DNA of 64,000 bases from Nemertoderma westbladi (GCA_032718475.1 JAUCBJ010007209.1:13829-77828), one strand, 5' to 3'. Positions 13,380 through 27,066 are shown, counted from the first letter of the stretch. Numbers and translations: made by a program. The notes: generated by a model from the letters alone, not told the origin.

Positions 13380-14392
13380 CGTACTAAAAGTTACAGTAGA
13401 ACGATCTATAACGGGCTATAACGATAACTGGATAACGGGCTATAACTTCCTATAAACAAGCTATAACCACATATAACGCGAGCTATAATATGAAAATTTA
13501 CATTAAAAACGCTCCTTTGGGTGTGTTTAATTTTTGGATTAACAGGGTGGTCTGAAAAATACCGCAGGTTAAAAATTAGGGTAGGCCTATCTGCCTATGC
13601 CTAATTGATACTGGTAAGTTTTTTTTATTGGCCTATATTGCTGTATTGCTCACTATCAGACTACTGGACTATATTCCTGTATTCTATATCGACCCGAAGC
13701 TGACAGCGGATAGCACAATGGAGGATAGACAGCTAGATGGGAGACCTGTCCACTGCTACACTGTCTGATAGTCAGATAATGTAGTAGGGGCATGCTGATT
13801 AATGCAGTAACAGAGTAATGACTGATTTCGTAATACACCACGAAGATGAAAATCATTATGGCAGTCGGAACATCATAAATATTGCTACCGGTATATCTAT
13901 AACTTAATTTTTTAGTGTTTTCCATAGGCCTATTTCGAATTGCTGTTATATTTTTTTAATTACGTAGGTAGGTACTGTACTAGGCCTATGGTCTACCATA
14001 TTTTATTTAGTTGCATGTTAAACTGCACGTGATTCCTGTTTAATTCCGTTTAATTTAAAGGGACCTCCATGGAAACGAGGTATAACCTCATGGGGCTATC
14101 CCTAACATTGTACTGACTGACTGACTATAATTTAATATTATGTTGGTTGCATTATTTTTAATATAAATTAATATAAATTTAAATTTCTCCATATACCGGT
14201 TTTTAATATGCTGTTTATGTTATTGTTATGTACGGTACGATGTTAATAAAAAATTTCAACTTCTACCGGTACTACATATGACATAATTACTAAATTAGGC
14301 CTACCGGTACTAGCCTGCTAGCTATAGCCCGTTAGATCGTTATAGCCCGTTATATGTTATAGATCGTATAGATCGTTCTACCTTTTACTACG
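13380..14392. mobile_element. ~1-kb MITE with TA flanks and subterminal ATAACGGGCT repeats
   Basis: CGTACTAAAAG..GTAGAACGATCTATA at left is the inverted match of TATAGATCGTTCTACCTTTTACTACG at right; TA on both sides. Confidence 0.7.
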
Positions 14393-14699
14393 TACCGATC
14401 AGAGGCCTACTCTACAGCTCTAGGCCTTACTCCTGTACTCTGACTGTCGGATGTAAATTTAAATTTATGAATTTCTGCCCAACAGCATCTGATATGATAT
14501 TCAATTATTTATCAATTATTCAATTAATTATACTGTCAGTAGCTGACTGTATTGTACTGGCACTGCAGGCACTGGCATAGCGCAGCGGCATGCCTATCTG
14601 CCTATCTGTTATGTTAGCCCTATATCATTATTAGTTGTATCATTATTTAGGCCTATTCCAGTATTTTTCAGCATATTATGACTGTATGAGAAACGTCGC

Positions 14700-15740
14700 A
14701 TGACAATACCCGCAAACAACAAACCCAACCCCAAGTCACCCTCACCCTTAGCAGTTACAGTATCCCCACAAAGGAAAATGCCAAACATAAAAGTGTTCTC
14801 AGGGTCCTCCCATCCAGACTTTGCAAGTGATGTTGCTGCACGTCTCGGCACCAGTCTTGGCAAAGTCGTCACCAAAAAATTCAGCAACAACGAAACCTGC
14901 GTAGAAATAGGCGAGAGCGTGAGAGGTGAGGACGTCTACATCGTACAAACTGGTTCGGGTGATATTAACGACAATCTTATGGAGTTGCTCATAATGATTA
15001 ACGCGTGTAAGAACGCGTCTGCGGCGAGAGTGACCGCAGTTATGCCGTGTTTCCCATACGCTCGGCAGGACAAAAAAGACCGAAGTCGCGCGCCAATAAC
15101 CGCTAAACTCGTGGCCAATATGCTCACGATAGCTGGGGCAGATCACATCATAACCATGGACCTACACGCATCGCAGATACAGGGATTCTTCGATATTCCT
15201 GTCGACAACCTTTACGCAGAACCGGCAGTCCTCCGATGGATCAGAGAGAATGTCCAAGAGTGGCAGAACTCTGTGATAGTGAGTCCGGACGCTGGAGGCG
15301 CTAAAAGGGTCACCTCTATAGCGGATCGTCTCAAGGTTGATTTTGCTATCATCCATAAGGAACGGAAGAAAGCGAACGAGATAGATCGGATGGTTCTTGT
15401 TGGTGATGTTAAGAATCGAGTTGCTATTCTTGTTGACGACATGGCCGACACCTGTGGGACGGCTTGTAAAGCAGCCGAGAAGCTGTCCGAGGCTGGTGCC
15501 GCCAAAGTGTACATGATCTGCACTCACGGGGTCTTCTCGGGACCAGCCGTGTCCAGGATATACAGTTCTATGTTTGAGCGGTTCGTGGTGACCAACACCA
15601 TCCCCCAGGACGAGGCCATCAAAGAATGTCCCCATAAGATGGGAATCATTGATATCTCAATGATATTCGCGGAAGCGATCAGGCGTACTCACAACGGGGA
15701 GAGCGTCAGCTATTTGTTTACCTATGTTCCCTTATCGTAA
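14700..15740 (+). CDS. PRPS1: Ribose-phosphate pyrophosphokinase (class I PRPP synthetase), intronless, copy A, 26-aa N-terminal extension
   Basis: [64 protein letters not shown]. Confidence 0.97.
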   Translation: MTIPANNKPNPKSPSPLAVTVSPQRKMPNIKVFSGSSHPDFASDVAARLGTSLGKVVTKKFSNNETCVEIGESVRGEDVYIVQTGSGDINDNLMELLIMINACKNASAARVTAVMPCFPYARQDKKDRSRAPITAKLVANMLTIAGADHIITMDLHASQIQGFFDIPVDNLYAEPAVLRWIRENVQEWQNSVIVSPDAGGAKRVTSIADRLKVDFAIIHKERKKANEIDRMVLVGDVKNRVAILVDDMADTCGTACKAAEKLSEAGAAKVYMICTHGVFSGPAVSRIYSSMFERFVVTNTIPQDEAIKECPHKMGIIDISMIFAEAIRRTHNGESVSYLFTYVPLS

Positions 15741-17639
15741 ATAAGAACTATACTTTTTGTATTAGTTAAATTAATTAAATATATATTGAGCAGTTGTTGG
15801 TGGTTGTATAGCGTCGCTTCTACGAAATTAAATTAAATTTAATAATGTTATCCAAATTATATCTATTGCACATGATTTTTCAATTTTCAGATTATAAATT
15901 TTCCGATTCCGAATAATAAATGATAATTATGAATGTTTTATTGTTTTGGTAATGTTGTAAAAGGCGGAGGGGGGGGGGGGGGGGGGGGGGTTGACACAAA
16001 TCATATCTTGGCGAATTAATATATCCTATCAATGTTGAATTATCAATTCAACATTGATATAATATTGAATTAAGAGATCAAGTAAGGTACAGTGGCATGT
16101 TCTTGCCACTGCTATTGATTGATTGATATTGACATTGAAATCAATAAACGAAGGTCAACAGGTCTGGTTGATTATAGTTTTATTTTTTAAGAGTAATCAG
16201 TTGTTATTTGCGCCAATTTTACCCTGGAGAGGGATGAATTTTGACTCCGCCAAGAGACCACCCCCCCCCTCCCCCTCCCCCCATTATCAAACTCTACGTT
16301 TTCTAAACCATTATCCCCATATACCATCTAGAATATAGTTATAGTGTCTTCATTTTGCATAAACGAAGCCACATTTTTATACCAATCTTGTTTTTGTTAC
16401 CAATCTATAGCTACAAGCATGTTGAACCGTTGGCTGAACCAGTTGAACCGCAGGTATTACACCACCTTTAAATTGGTTTATTGGTACCGAATAAAAACGG
16501 AGCTGGCAAAGATTCAAAGTGAAGACACTACCTTATATTCCAGTAGTTTTAGTGTAAATTTATGTTAGAATTGTAATTAAATTTGGTTTATAAATTAAGA
16601 TGTTACTCCAAGATTGATTGAATATTATTTCCCTGGTATAGAGGGCCTAATTAGTAAAGATCTTATTTATTTTTTAATAATAACAGTTAACTTCTTGTCA
16701 TCAAAACTTATACATTTTATTCTTACCCTCCTTATTAACAGTTTTACCCTACTGAACCGCTGTTATTTTGGATACAGCTACTGCAAATAAATCGTTTCCA
16801 ATTGTGTGCTGCTGGTATTGAGCGGAATATAATAATGTAGCTGAGTTAACGTAAGCAGTACTGTAGCAAAAGGGAGCGCCACAATACAAAATATAGGAGG
16901 ATTGCCTGTAAAGTTTCCGTATTTTAAGATGCACTTTCGACTTAGTAATTTACGATTCAACTTAGGCTTTTTTATTTTGAGTAATAGTGGTAAAATATCG
17001 TCAAACTGAGCAAGCAGCATCTGTCACACACTCGTTGTGTTTGTTTGTAAAGGAAGTCAATATGCGGTGTATAATACTTACAGGTTTGGGAACATTTACA
17101 ATGATGTAGAGTACAATGCTATCTGATCGTCCACATATAATATTACAATAGACCCTATAACTATAACATGAAAACACTTTACGTGGTAATAAAATCCACT
17201 ATGAGCCAACCCACAAATATATTTTGGTCAAGTCAAGTCACTCATACTTGTGTCAGTATTTGTGAGTCTTAAACACTTTCCATAAGAATCGACAGGCTCC
17301 CGTTATTATGAAGATAGATTAATCTGTAACAGTGCTATTTGACTCTCGTTTATTGTTTTGGTTAGAATTGACGGTCATTGTAACCTGTTCGATTCCCTTA
17401 ACGTTAATAAAGATTGTCGGCTGTGGTTGTCGTATATGCTACCAGGGGTTATTCTATGGCCTATCAGAGTCCAGCTTGAGGGTGAGCAATGGCGCGTCGC
17501 TTTAGGCGCACCAACCGCTACTTCAACCCGTTCAAAACGCAACTCGTTCTCGATAAAACACTATGCCAACCCTCCTGCTTGGAAGTCAATGAATGTCACC
17601 AATATACCAAATGGTTTCTTAGATAAAGGTAAATTTTCT

Positions 17640-17930
17640 TCAGCTAGTCCAGGGATTACGCACAAAGTCCGACGACTTATTTCCAGTTCTGTCCCCCCAG
17701 AACTATACTCCCCAGAGGAAACTCCAGTACTCATTTAGGTACCACTTAAGGATGCAAGGCAGAGAGATGCGCCCTGGCTAGTCCCTTCAAACCATTCGTG
17801 CCGAAACGAAAACTGCCTTGGCCCATGTGAGGATCGAACCCACGACCTACGAAATACCAAGAAGGCGGATATACAATCCTGCTGTTTATATCTGCCCATT
17901 GGCCTATATCGCTAATCTCATCACCCGATT
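17640..17930 (-). mobile_element. tRNA-derived SINE with conserved central core; second degenerate copy at ~27240-27400 (+)
   Basis: Minus-strand B box GGTCGTGGGTTCGATCC, then CTCTGCCTTGCATCCTTAAGTGGTACCTAAATGAGTACTGGAGTTTCCTCTGG. The core matches TCATCCTTCAATGGTAACTAAAGAGAATACCAGTTTCCTCTGG...AGTTCTGGGGGGACAG at 27281-27341. Confidence 0.65.
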
Positions 17931-18110
17931 GCCATATCCTCCAGTTCAATAGAATGTAAGAACGTTAATCTGAATGGGTGATGATACCTCATAGATTATT
18001 ATTAGTTATTAATAAATATAGTCCTTTTAACAAAAATTAATGGCTGAATTCGAATTCCAACATCTGTATTATTGTTAGGTTGTTGTAGATGTATGTACAC
18101 TACATTGTAG

Positions 18111-18123
18111 GTTGCTAGGAAAC
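18111..18123. promoter_or_regulatory. Candidate RFX X-box GTTGCTAGGAAAC
   Basis: Matches the RFX palindromic consensus; ~400 bp upstream of the PRPS copy B ATG. Confidence 0.4.
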
Positions 18124-18521
18124 TGGATAAACTGGTAACACTATCGTGGAGGTTACGCAAATTGGCAGATGTACTGCTGTGTTGTTGTAGTAGATTACCA
18201 GTAAATTAGTGCAAACTTTTAAGAATAGAACCATTGTTACCAATAATAGAACATCGGCCTTCTATAACCGCTAACTTCCTTTCATTACCAATTACCACAG
18301 GGTATACCATCAACTCCTTTGGTATGGAAGAGAATAACAGATTTCGGTAGGACTAGGCCTATTCAAATTGCCCGCGGGAATCATTTAGCCATTTAATCTG
18401 TATTCCATGAAACAGTTATTACATTACTACAGTAGTGTCGACTACCTGCAACCAGAATACAGACTACCGGTAAACGATACTGCGATAGGCCAATAGCCAA
18501 ATGAGCTTTTGAGAACGTCGC

Positions 18522-19586
18522 ATGACAAACCACGCAACCAACGAATCCAGCGGGCCCCCAACTACGTCACCCGCACCTTTAGCAGTACCGGTAGCAGCAT
18601 CCGCCCAAACCGCACCAGTGAAGATGCCAAACATAAAACTGTTAGCAGGATCCTCCCATCGTGACTTCGCCGGTGATGTTGCCTCGCGTCTCGGCATCAA
18701 CCTGGCCAAAGTCGTCACCAAAAAATTCAGCAACAACGAAACCTGCGTAGAAATAGGCGAGAGCGTGAGAGGTGAGGACGTCTACATCGTACAAACTGGT
18801 TCGGGAGATATTAACGACAATCTTATGGAGTTGCTCATCATGATTCACGCGTGTAAGAACGCGTCTGCGGCGAGAGTGACCGCAGTTATGCCGTGTTTCC
18901 CATACGCTCGGCAGGACAAAAAGGACCGAAGTCGCGCGCCAATAACCGCTAAACTCGTGGCCAATATGCTCACGACCGCAGGTGCGGATCATATCATAAC
19001 CATGGACCTACACGCATCGCAGATACAGGGATTCTTCGACATTCCTGTCGACAATCTGTTAGCAGAACCGGCAGTCATCCGATGGATCAAAGAAAACGTC
19101 CCGGAGTGGCAGAACTCTGTGATAGTGAGTCCGGACGCTGGAGGCGCTAAAAGGGTCACCTCTATAGCGGATCGTCTCAAGGTTGATTTTGCGATCATCC
19201 ATAAGGAACGGAAGAAAGCGAACGAGATAGATCGGATGGTTCTTGTTGGTGATGTTAAGAATCGAGTTGCTATTCTTGTTGACGACATGGCCGACACCTG
19301 TGGGACGGCTTGCAAAGCAGCCGAGAAGCTGTCCGAGGCTGGTGCCGCCAAAGTGTACATGATCTGCACCCACGGGATCTTCTCGGGACCAGCCGTGTCC
19401 AGGATATACAGTTCTATGTTTGAGCGGTTCGTGGTGACCAATACCATCCCCCAGGACGAGGCCATCAAAGAATGTCCCCATAAGATGGGAATCATTGACA
19501 TCTCAATGATATTCGCGGAAGCGATCAGGCGTACTCACAACGGGGAGAGCGTCAGCTATTTGTTTACCTATGTTCCCTTATCGTAA
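18522..19586 (+). CDS. PRPS1: Ribose-phosphate pyrophosphokinase, intronless, copy B, 34-aa N-terminal extension
   Basis: Same motifs as copy A; near-identical nucleotide sequence over most of the CDS. Confidence 0.97.
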   Translation: MTNHATNESSGPPTTSPAPLAVPVAASAQTAPVKMPNIKLLAGSSHRDFAGDVASRLGINLAKVVTKKFSNNETCVEIGESVRGEDVYIVQTGSGDINDNLMELLIMIHACKNASAARVTAVMPCFPYARQDKKDRSRAPITAKLVANMLTTAGADHIITMDLHASQIQGFFDIPVDNLLAEPAVIRWIKENVPEWQNSVIVSPDAGGAKRVTSIADRLKVDFAIIHKERKKANEIDRMVLVGDVKNRVAILVDDMADTCGTACKAAEKLSEAGAAKVYMICTHGIFSGPAVSRIYSSMFERFVVTNTIPQDEAIKECPHKMGIIDISMIFAEAIRRTHNGESVSYLFTYVPLS

Positions 19587-19756
19587 TGTTGGTTTAATTT
19601 CATCAAAGGTTGAGTGAGTTATCAGACATTTTCCGACAGAGGGACAGACCGACCGACAGATAATCTATGCTAAGCTAAGCTCCTTACTTCGTCACTCGCC
19701 CCACACGTATCTTTCCTGTACCAGTTGTCCTGTAGTTTTCTGTCCTGTACCTGCTG

Positions 19757-20158
19757 CAGAGGCATAGCGAGGGGGGGGGGGATGTTCCCCAGGGTGCACT
19801 CACCCAGGGGCGGTGAAATGCCAGGCAAATGTCAGGGTATTCTTGTAAAAATAGTACATATCAGTAAAAAGTCAGGGATTTTGTGATACAGTATACAGGA
19901 CATGTGTCATAAGCGAAAAATGTAAAAATTTTATCTGCTCGCTTTGCTCTCCATTCAATATATTATAATTGCATATATCAAACTTGTATACATTATAATA
20001 GATTTCAGGATTTTATATAGTATATACTGTTATATATATATAATATTTAAAAAAAAACCGTCATAAATGAAAAGTTTAAATTATTGAAGGAGGGGGTGGG
20101 GGGGGGGGGCATCCCAGCTTCATTCCCCCGGGCGCCAAAAGGACTCGCTACGCCTCTG
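19757..20158. mobile_element. hAT-like MITE
   Basis: TIRs CAGAGGCATAGCGAG / CTCGCTACGCCTCTG; imperfect 8-bp TSD ACCTGCTG/GCCTACTG. Confidence 0.75.
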
Positions 20159-22000
20159 GCCTACTGTGTCCTCTAGGCCTACGAGTTGCCATATATACCC
20201 GCACCAAACTCGCCAATATCAATCACAACTAATAGGCGAGTTCTCATAACTTTATGTTACCTCTTCTTAACTTTATTTACCTTATATTAAAAATATTATT
20301 TATATTTGTATTTTTAAAGTATCCCAGTCAGGGGTGAATCGTTTCTTATTATTAGTAACTCTACTTTTTGTAATAATTACATTAATATTAAACCAGTTGG
20401 AAGGAATCACTTTAATGACATGAGAAAAAAATGTTCTCGCAATTGTTTTTATAGTCTGAATGTATGTTTTTTGTACCGAGAGCGGTTATTTAAGTATCAA
20501 ATAAGTTTTCTAATCTATTATTGACAAACTTTGTTTGAAATAATTTGGTCTTTGCATAATAATAATTATATCCTTGACTCGAATAGGTTTATATTTCAAT
20601 ATATTTCTACTTAATAATGTAGGCCTAATAATGTTATGGTTTAAAATTTTTTTTTTGTTTATGAAAATATATGTAACAGCATTAATTGACTGTTTGGTAT
20701 TTTAATTCTTATCATCTTCCTAGTTTATTTGGAAAATCGTTTTTGACCATCAAGTCAGCGTTGTTTGGAAACAACATATTGCAAATTGAATAATATTATA
20801 TTTTCTTTTAAATGATCGAGTCCTTTCGCACTTGAGGTTGAATTATACATTGACCAGTATCCCAGTAACCATCAAACATTCCCATATACTGAAATTTTTC
20901 ACGTGGAACCATCCATATTCCCAACAAAGCCGATAAATAATTATGTATTACATGGGAAAAGAGTAGAACTTTTTTCACTATTCTCGAGGCATTTTATTTA
21001 CATAGCATAGCGCCAGCGAGGTTAATAAAGTGAATAATAACGAGAGAGAATATATAATATAATAACAAGAGAATATTGAAAAAAAAATATACATTTTTTT
21101 CCATGTAGTACTTTTTTGTCTAATACTTTTTTGTTGCTTAATTATTTAATAAAACGTACAGCGATATAGTGGTACAAAATAAATTGAACTGCAGTATTGT
21201 ACTATATTGCTTCCAGTTACTGCGATTTCTATTATTGTACTCTTCAACTCCCGATGCTGCCTTACTCAATGTTAAATAATTTAGTGTTCTCGAATATTTA
21301 TTATAAGTAACTAGAGAGCCGCTTAACAAAATAAACCAATATTGGATATTGAGTTCCGTTTTGGAGTTCGCCACGCAGACACTAAAGTTGCAATAACTTT
21401 TGAGTGAGTGAATGGATTTTACTCCAATTAAGATCAAACATTTCCTACGTCGTTGCTCTTTCAACACATTTAATAAAATTTAAGAAATTGCGCAAAAAAT
21501 ATTTTATTTTACTTTTTGCCGGGAAAAAAGTACAATCAACACTTGACCGCAAGTGAAATAATGTATAGTTTATTGTTTTGGTTAGAAAACACCGCCACTG
21601 TAACCTGTTCCTTTCCCTTAATGTTTTTAATTAAATTAAACCAATTTTTAAAACCCACTAAAATTTATTTTGGGTTCGCGGTCATTTCGCGCCATTGACT
21701 CCTCTACTTGAACAAAAAAGTGACAATTTAAGAATAAAAAATATACCGGCCGGCTTATTCTAACTAAGATATTTCGAAAATCGAAGGATTTGTACATTTC
21801 AGCATGAAATTCGGCCTATAGGGGGCTTATCGAAACCCCCCCCCCCCCCCCCCCCCCTAATTAAGCCTATATTATTCATTTGACTCTGAACTAGAAGCCT
21901 AATGTGGTTTGAATTCAATTTTATTGAATGAGCTCGCCAAAGGAGGCGGGAGGATAAAGAAATGCAACCGGAAATATAATCCTTCCTATTATAGAGACAA

Positions 22001-25000
22001 CTATATTTTTGTTAAGTCTCTCAGTTTTGGGTCAGTGTTTGTGAGTCTTAAAAACTTCCCAAAAGAATCATCTGATGCAGCACTACTACCAGTCTTTTCC
22101 CCCGATTCTGTTGCGAATGACAACGACCTATCGGAGTCGATCTCCGTAGACGGTGAGTAGATTCCGCTCCGCTCCAGGTGCACCAAGCGCTGTCTCAACG
22201 AGTTCAAACGTAACTCGTTCTCGAGCCTCCCCTCGCCGTACTCGGTCGTAAAAGGGAACCCACTGTCAGTGTGTCTCGTGTCTGTTGACTGCCCGTCGCC
22301 GTGCTCTGCCATAAAAGGCGACACATTGTATCTGTCTGGGGGTCCCGAGTCTGTGGTCTGGTTGAGTCTACGTTTTAACCTCTCGGCGGCCGCATCGAAT
22401 AAACTTTCACAGTCAAAATCGTCACATTTTACGTCGATTAGTTCCAAACCCGTACTAGAAGCATCGACTGTGTTGTAGTTGGATGATTCCTGTGACTCCT
22501 GGCTTTCAAATGATGTCACACCCAAATTGAGGTGATTCAAATTAAAATAATAAGGCATAGAATTAATAGACTCTATTGATGCGTCATTATCGCGCACACC
22601 AACAGATTCTACCTCCAATGGACAATCTGGTAATATTGGATCCAGCCAAACCATTGTGTCAGACACCACCGTAATATTCCCAGACTTTGTTACACAGTCA
22701 TTACTTCTCGCGCTCCGTAGAAGCTTCGAATCGTCGCTTATACTTAGTTTATCTGTATCCCCTGGAGATTCGTGTGGGTGCAACTCAATGAATTGGTCCG
22801 TTATAACGGAAGAATTAGGAGTCCTACTAATAATGGAATCCGAATTACTCGCGAAGTGATCCACATCAGACTTATTGGCTTTGGAATCAGCTGATTCCTC
22901 GAGTTCGATGTTTGTTTCGAAACAATTTGGCGAGGTTGGCGGATGATATGAGCTCGGCTCCTCCAGGAAGAATGTTTCACTTTCCGACGCTGAACTGTTG
23001 GGATCCAAGACGGTGGGTCCCTCTACAGCCGTCGCCGATGCCTCAGTGAAGGGGTTCGTCGACTCATATAAACTCGGTTCATCCCGTTCTAGAACACCAT
23101 TAAACGTCGGTTGATCTACGAAGCCGTCCGTACTAGTACTACGTTCTAGAACCGCACTGCCACTGGGTGTTTCTTCTGTCCCTTGTCGCGGGCTCTCATT
23201 GTCTTCCTCGAATCCCACGGCCTCAGATATTCCGTACAACGTATCGTTCGATTCGCTATCGTCGCTGCTAAACTTCGACGACTTCCGGGATTCTTCATTA
23301 ATGACGTCATCTTTATTAATAATTTCTTCGTCACGCGGAGAGTCCTCAGACAGCAACAATGAGTTTTCACTGGAATCCGATGACTCACTATCCGCCTCGG
23401 TAAAGTCCTCGTTCATGCTGTTGATATGGTTTTGCATTCGCTTTAATAAATTAGAAATACCCGACGTCTTACTTGCCGTTTCGCTGTCGTCCGAAGGGGC
23501 GGGAAAACGCGTATTAAATGCGGATTTTTTACCATGACGTGACGTCCCTCGATGTTCGCTAATCTTGCCGCTGTGTTTCCCGTATGTTTCTTTGTCTTTC
23601 ATGACTAGCCGCTTCAACCTTTCCCTGTCGTCCTTGGCGGCTTCCAATGCCTCTCTGTAGCGCCGTTTTAATCTTGTGTTTTCCATTGTTAGACGAAGTA
23701 TGGCATCCTGTTGCTCGCGAATAATCCCTCTGAGGTCGTCCACGGTGGCGCCGGAAATGACGTCATTATCAAACTCGGCAACACTGAAACGAATACGGTT
23801 GTGCGGCAGTTTGGAATTTGTTGAAACATAAAACTTTAAGCCCAAAACCAAGTCGAGCTCCATAACAAACAAATAATTTAAATATAGAATTCGGATTGAA
23901 AGAACATCGTAAAAATCAACATTACATACTACGAATATATATTATTTAATTTATTTTACGCAAAACAACTTGCAATTTGTTTTAAAACAAATGTCTATAT
24001 TAAAATTCATAATCCATTCAGTTCAGGGAACTGCCTTTACTTATAATTTTTTTATTTTTACTATTAAATTTAAAAATTATTATTACTATTATTACTACTT
24101 ACAGGGAAGATAAGAAGTTTAATATAACGCAGTTTTGAAGCGTCGGGGTTTTTCGACTTGTCGGGGAATAATCAGTCAGGGAAATACAATAAAAATTCTT
24201 CCCTTTCCAGGGAAAATTAACGCAAATAACAGCTGAATACGGCTGAAACTGTGGTCTTGTAACCTTATTTTTCTCCTTAATTGATAATAATTAACATTGT
24301 TAATTTGCCCAGAATGGATGTGCGTTAATACCCCCCCCCCCCCCCCCCGTACATCCCATCTCCTAATCTGTGACTTTATTCCGAGAAGTATCAGCAGATA
24401 TCTCTTCTCAGAGCCAACAAGAAACTACCTGTGTGTCCCATGCTCTGGCCATAGTCGTATCGTGATTTTCACTAATAATAACTGGATAAATCAAACTATG
24501 GATAACTACCCACCTTGATGTCAATAAGCCTTTGTTATTCCCGTCTATTTCCAGCGCATCCGAATAAGCCTCTATTGCAGAATTGTAATCCCCATTCACC
24601 GCCGCTCTATCGCCACGCTCTTTCAATTTAATAACCTAGCGGTAATAAACAAATACAATAAAATATGGTACTATCTGAATCTGTGCATAACATGCAGTAA
24701 TGGCGGCGGCCTGTCAGCCAAACATAGCGGGAGGTTTTACTTTTAAGGATAACTATTGGGATAGGATGCGCTGTTTATACTCCAGGATAATTCCGCCTAC
24801 CGCCTACCGGTAGTTACCATGGAACAACGGAGAACCACCATGATGTGTAACCAGTCCGAGTGCCATTGAACGACGCCTATCAAATACGCCAACAAGACTT
24901 CCATTCTTCACTGGTTGATAATTGGGAAATAAGGCAACTTGACTTGGGTTACCTGAAGGAGGAGTTTACTGTGGGAGGAGGTCACGCATAGTTTTGAACA

Positions 25001-25511
25001 CGGAATCCCTCTTGGATGAATAAGTAGAAAGGTTTTGCATTCTTCCCGATAGCACAAGTTGGCAGTAGTTGTGAAGTAAATAATTTAAAATGTTTTATGC
25101 ATACGGCACGGTACAACTGAGAAGTAATGCTAAATATTAGGGAGAGGCTTTATAAGGCCTACTAGTTACCTAAGGAAACAATACTAATACTAATAACTAA
25201 ATCAGATAATAATTAAATTAATTATTAAATCCTTAGTAAACCGATAGAAAGGTAGGATAATGTACAGATTACTGGTAAACTGACATAGCTGATTCAAATA
25301 ACAATAATGTAGATAGATATATATTAAAATAGATTAAAATATCTATACTAAAAAAGATATAGGTCCCTAGATATTTGTCCTTATTGGGCAAACTAACGTT
25401 GAATGCTTCCTCCTCCTCTGGAATTTCCGTGTCGACAGAACCGCCCAAGTTGCCGAGGTACGGCTGTCTTTCCGGGGGAACATTACGAAACGAGGCTGAA
25501 TAGGAATCCAT
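22001..25511 (-). CDS. Uncharacterised protein: TPR motif plus coiled coil plus long acidic Ser-rich region (model exons 25511-25398, 24635-24514, 23783-22001; ~672 aa)
   Basis: Exon 2 encodes the TPR KLKERGDRAAVNGDYNSAIEAYSDALEIDGNNK; all junctions are GT-AG and phase-compatible. The 1.8-kb ORF could instead be a separate gene (ATG 23863). Confidence 0.6.
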
Positions 25512-26147
25512 TACGATTTATTGAATTTTTTAATTCATTCAGGGATTTACTAATTTGGTTATTTATAAAGATAACTTTAAAATAGCAATTAATTCATTAA
25601 TAGAGTTGGTATACCGGATGTCAGTACAGTGTACAGCATTTTCAGTATCGGAATATGGACAGCGGTAGCGTGGTCTACCTACAGCAGCAGAATATACCGG
25701 AAAACCGCCCGGCTACAATGCCCATATACCGGTAAATATTGAAGTAGCGAAACTGGACTATAGGCCTATTGTATCAATCAATCAATCAATCAATCCGGGA
25801 TGGCCCGGTCCATTGTTATTACCAATCAATAATATGAATAGCTTTAATATGTAGCACCCCAACACCAATAAACAGAAGATACAGTGTAATTGGAAAGAAT
25901 ACTGGTAGGGTGAATAATGAGACCACCCGGTTGCTTAGCTGTAGCAGTGCTAGTATAGCTAGCAACCGGGCGTTTAATCTTAAGCTATTGGGTTACATTG
26001 ATAGAAATAAGCGAAAAAAGAAAAAAAAATATTCTACTCCAACGATGGCCTTACTCCAACTAGCAGGAATCTGCGCACGCTTCACATTTCAGCTAGGCCT
26101 ATACGCTTGTATACAATGTTATACTGAACAGCTTATTGTTGTTACCT

Positions 26148-26160
26148 GTTTCTTAGCAAC
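26148..26160. promoter_or_regulatory. Candidate RFX X-box GTTTCTTAGCAAC
   Basis: Consensus match ~640 bp upstream of the TPR-gene ATG. Confidence 0.35.
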
Positions 26161-26837
26161 CAGCCTAAAACATCAGCTGATTTCCGGTTCCAGCGTGATA
26201 ATAGCTGTGTACCACGACGTGAAGTGAAGCGACGTAGGTTGATTTCACGAACGAAGGTGAGTGAATGTGTAAGTAGAGATTTCCGATCATAATATTTGAA
26301 TAACTATATAGGCCGCAATTTGTGTTAACGTTGGACTTTATAAGAGTTACAGTGTGCTAAACTGATATTTATCCTCTCTCTACGTTATACAGTATGTATT
26401 TACAAAAAATTTATCTCCTAAGTTAAAAAAAACATACCGCATGCTATGCATGTAAATTCCAACAAAATTCCATGTAAAACCCCTAAAACAGAAACTTAGA
26501 ACTCGCACACAAACAATGAAAAACTGAATGCATTATCAAGAGGTGAAGCCAGTAAAAGACACAAAAGTGTAGGCCTACTGTATATTTACACTTTGCATTT
26601 TTTTACATACTGTAGAGTTCGGCTGTTCATAACGGGAGCATAATAGCCTACCGTTAAGAATTTTCACTTTCAAGTAGGCCTAACTTTATTCAAGTTTAGT
26701 TATTCTGTAATGTAGTGTATGTAGGCACTAAATAATTTCCTATCTCTGCCTGCAACAGTACCGGTAGGCCTACTCAACTAATTAATTAATCCTTAAGCTT
26801 CTAAAGCTTCTACAGTACTTAAATAGTAAAATACTTC

Positions 26838-27066
26838 GGGGGGGGACTGAATGCAATAAAAATTCATCCCTCTTCAGGGGAAATTCGACGCAAATAACAG
26901 ATGATTACTCTCATAAATAAAGGTGTAACCTGTTGTATTGTGTTTAGTTTATTGTTTTGGTTAAAATAACGTGTCACTGTATCCTGCTCCTTTGTCTAAA
27001 TTGAGAATTTAACATAGAATATTTAGAATATTAATTCGCCAAGGCGGGTTTTGCGTCCAGTTCCCC
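26838..27066. mobile_element. ~240-bp MITE family member (GGGGGAACTGGACGCAA-type TIR)
   Basis: Same sequence as 37905-38153; partial or inverted copies near 16085-16250, 17320-17400, 21560-21620, 24180-24330, 50295-50440 and 56110-56230. Confidence 0.8.

Noticed and set aside
17800-17900. tRNA gene
   Set aside because: B box present but no cloverleaf or acceptor stem; the downstream core is shared with another dispersed copy, so it was called a SINE.
14609-19501. Antisense ORFs over both PRPS genes (and similar shadow ORFs over pol, SLC6 and the RTE fragment)
   Set aside because: Expected by-products of codon structure on the opposite strand; no motifs.
14700-19586. Horizontal transfer of bacterial prs because the genes are intronless
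   Set aside because: Sequence is clearly animal-type class I PRPS (MPNIK start, [12 protein letters not shown] end).
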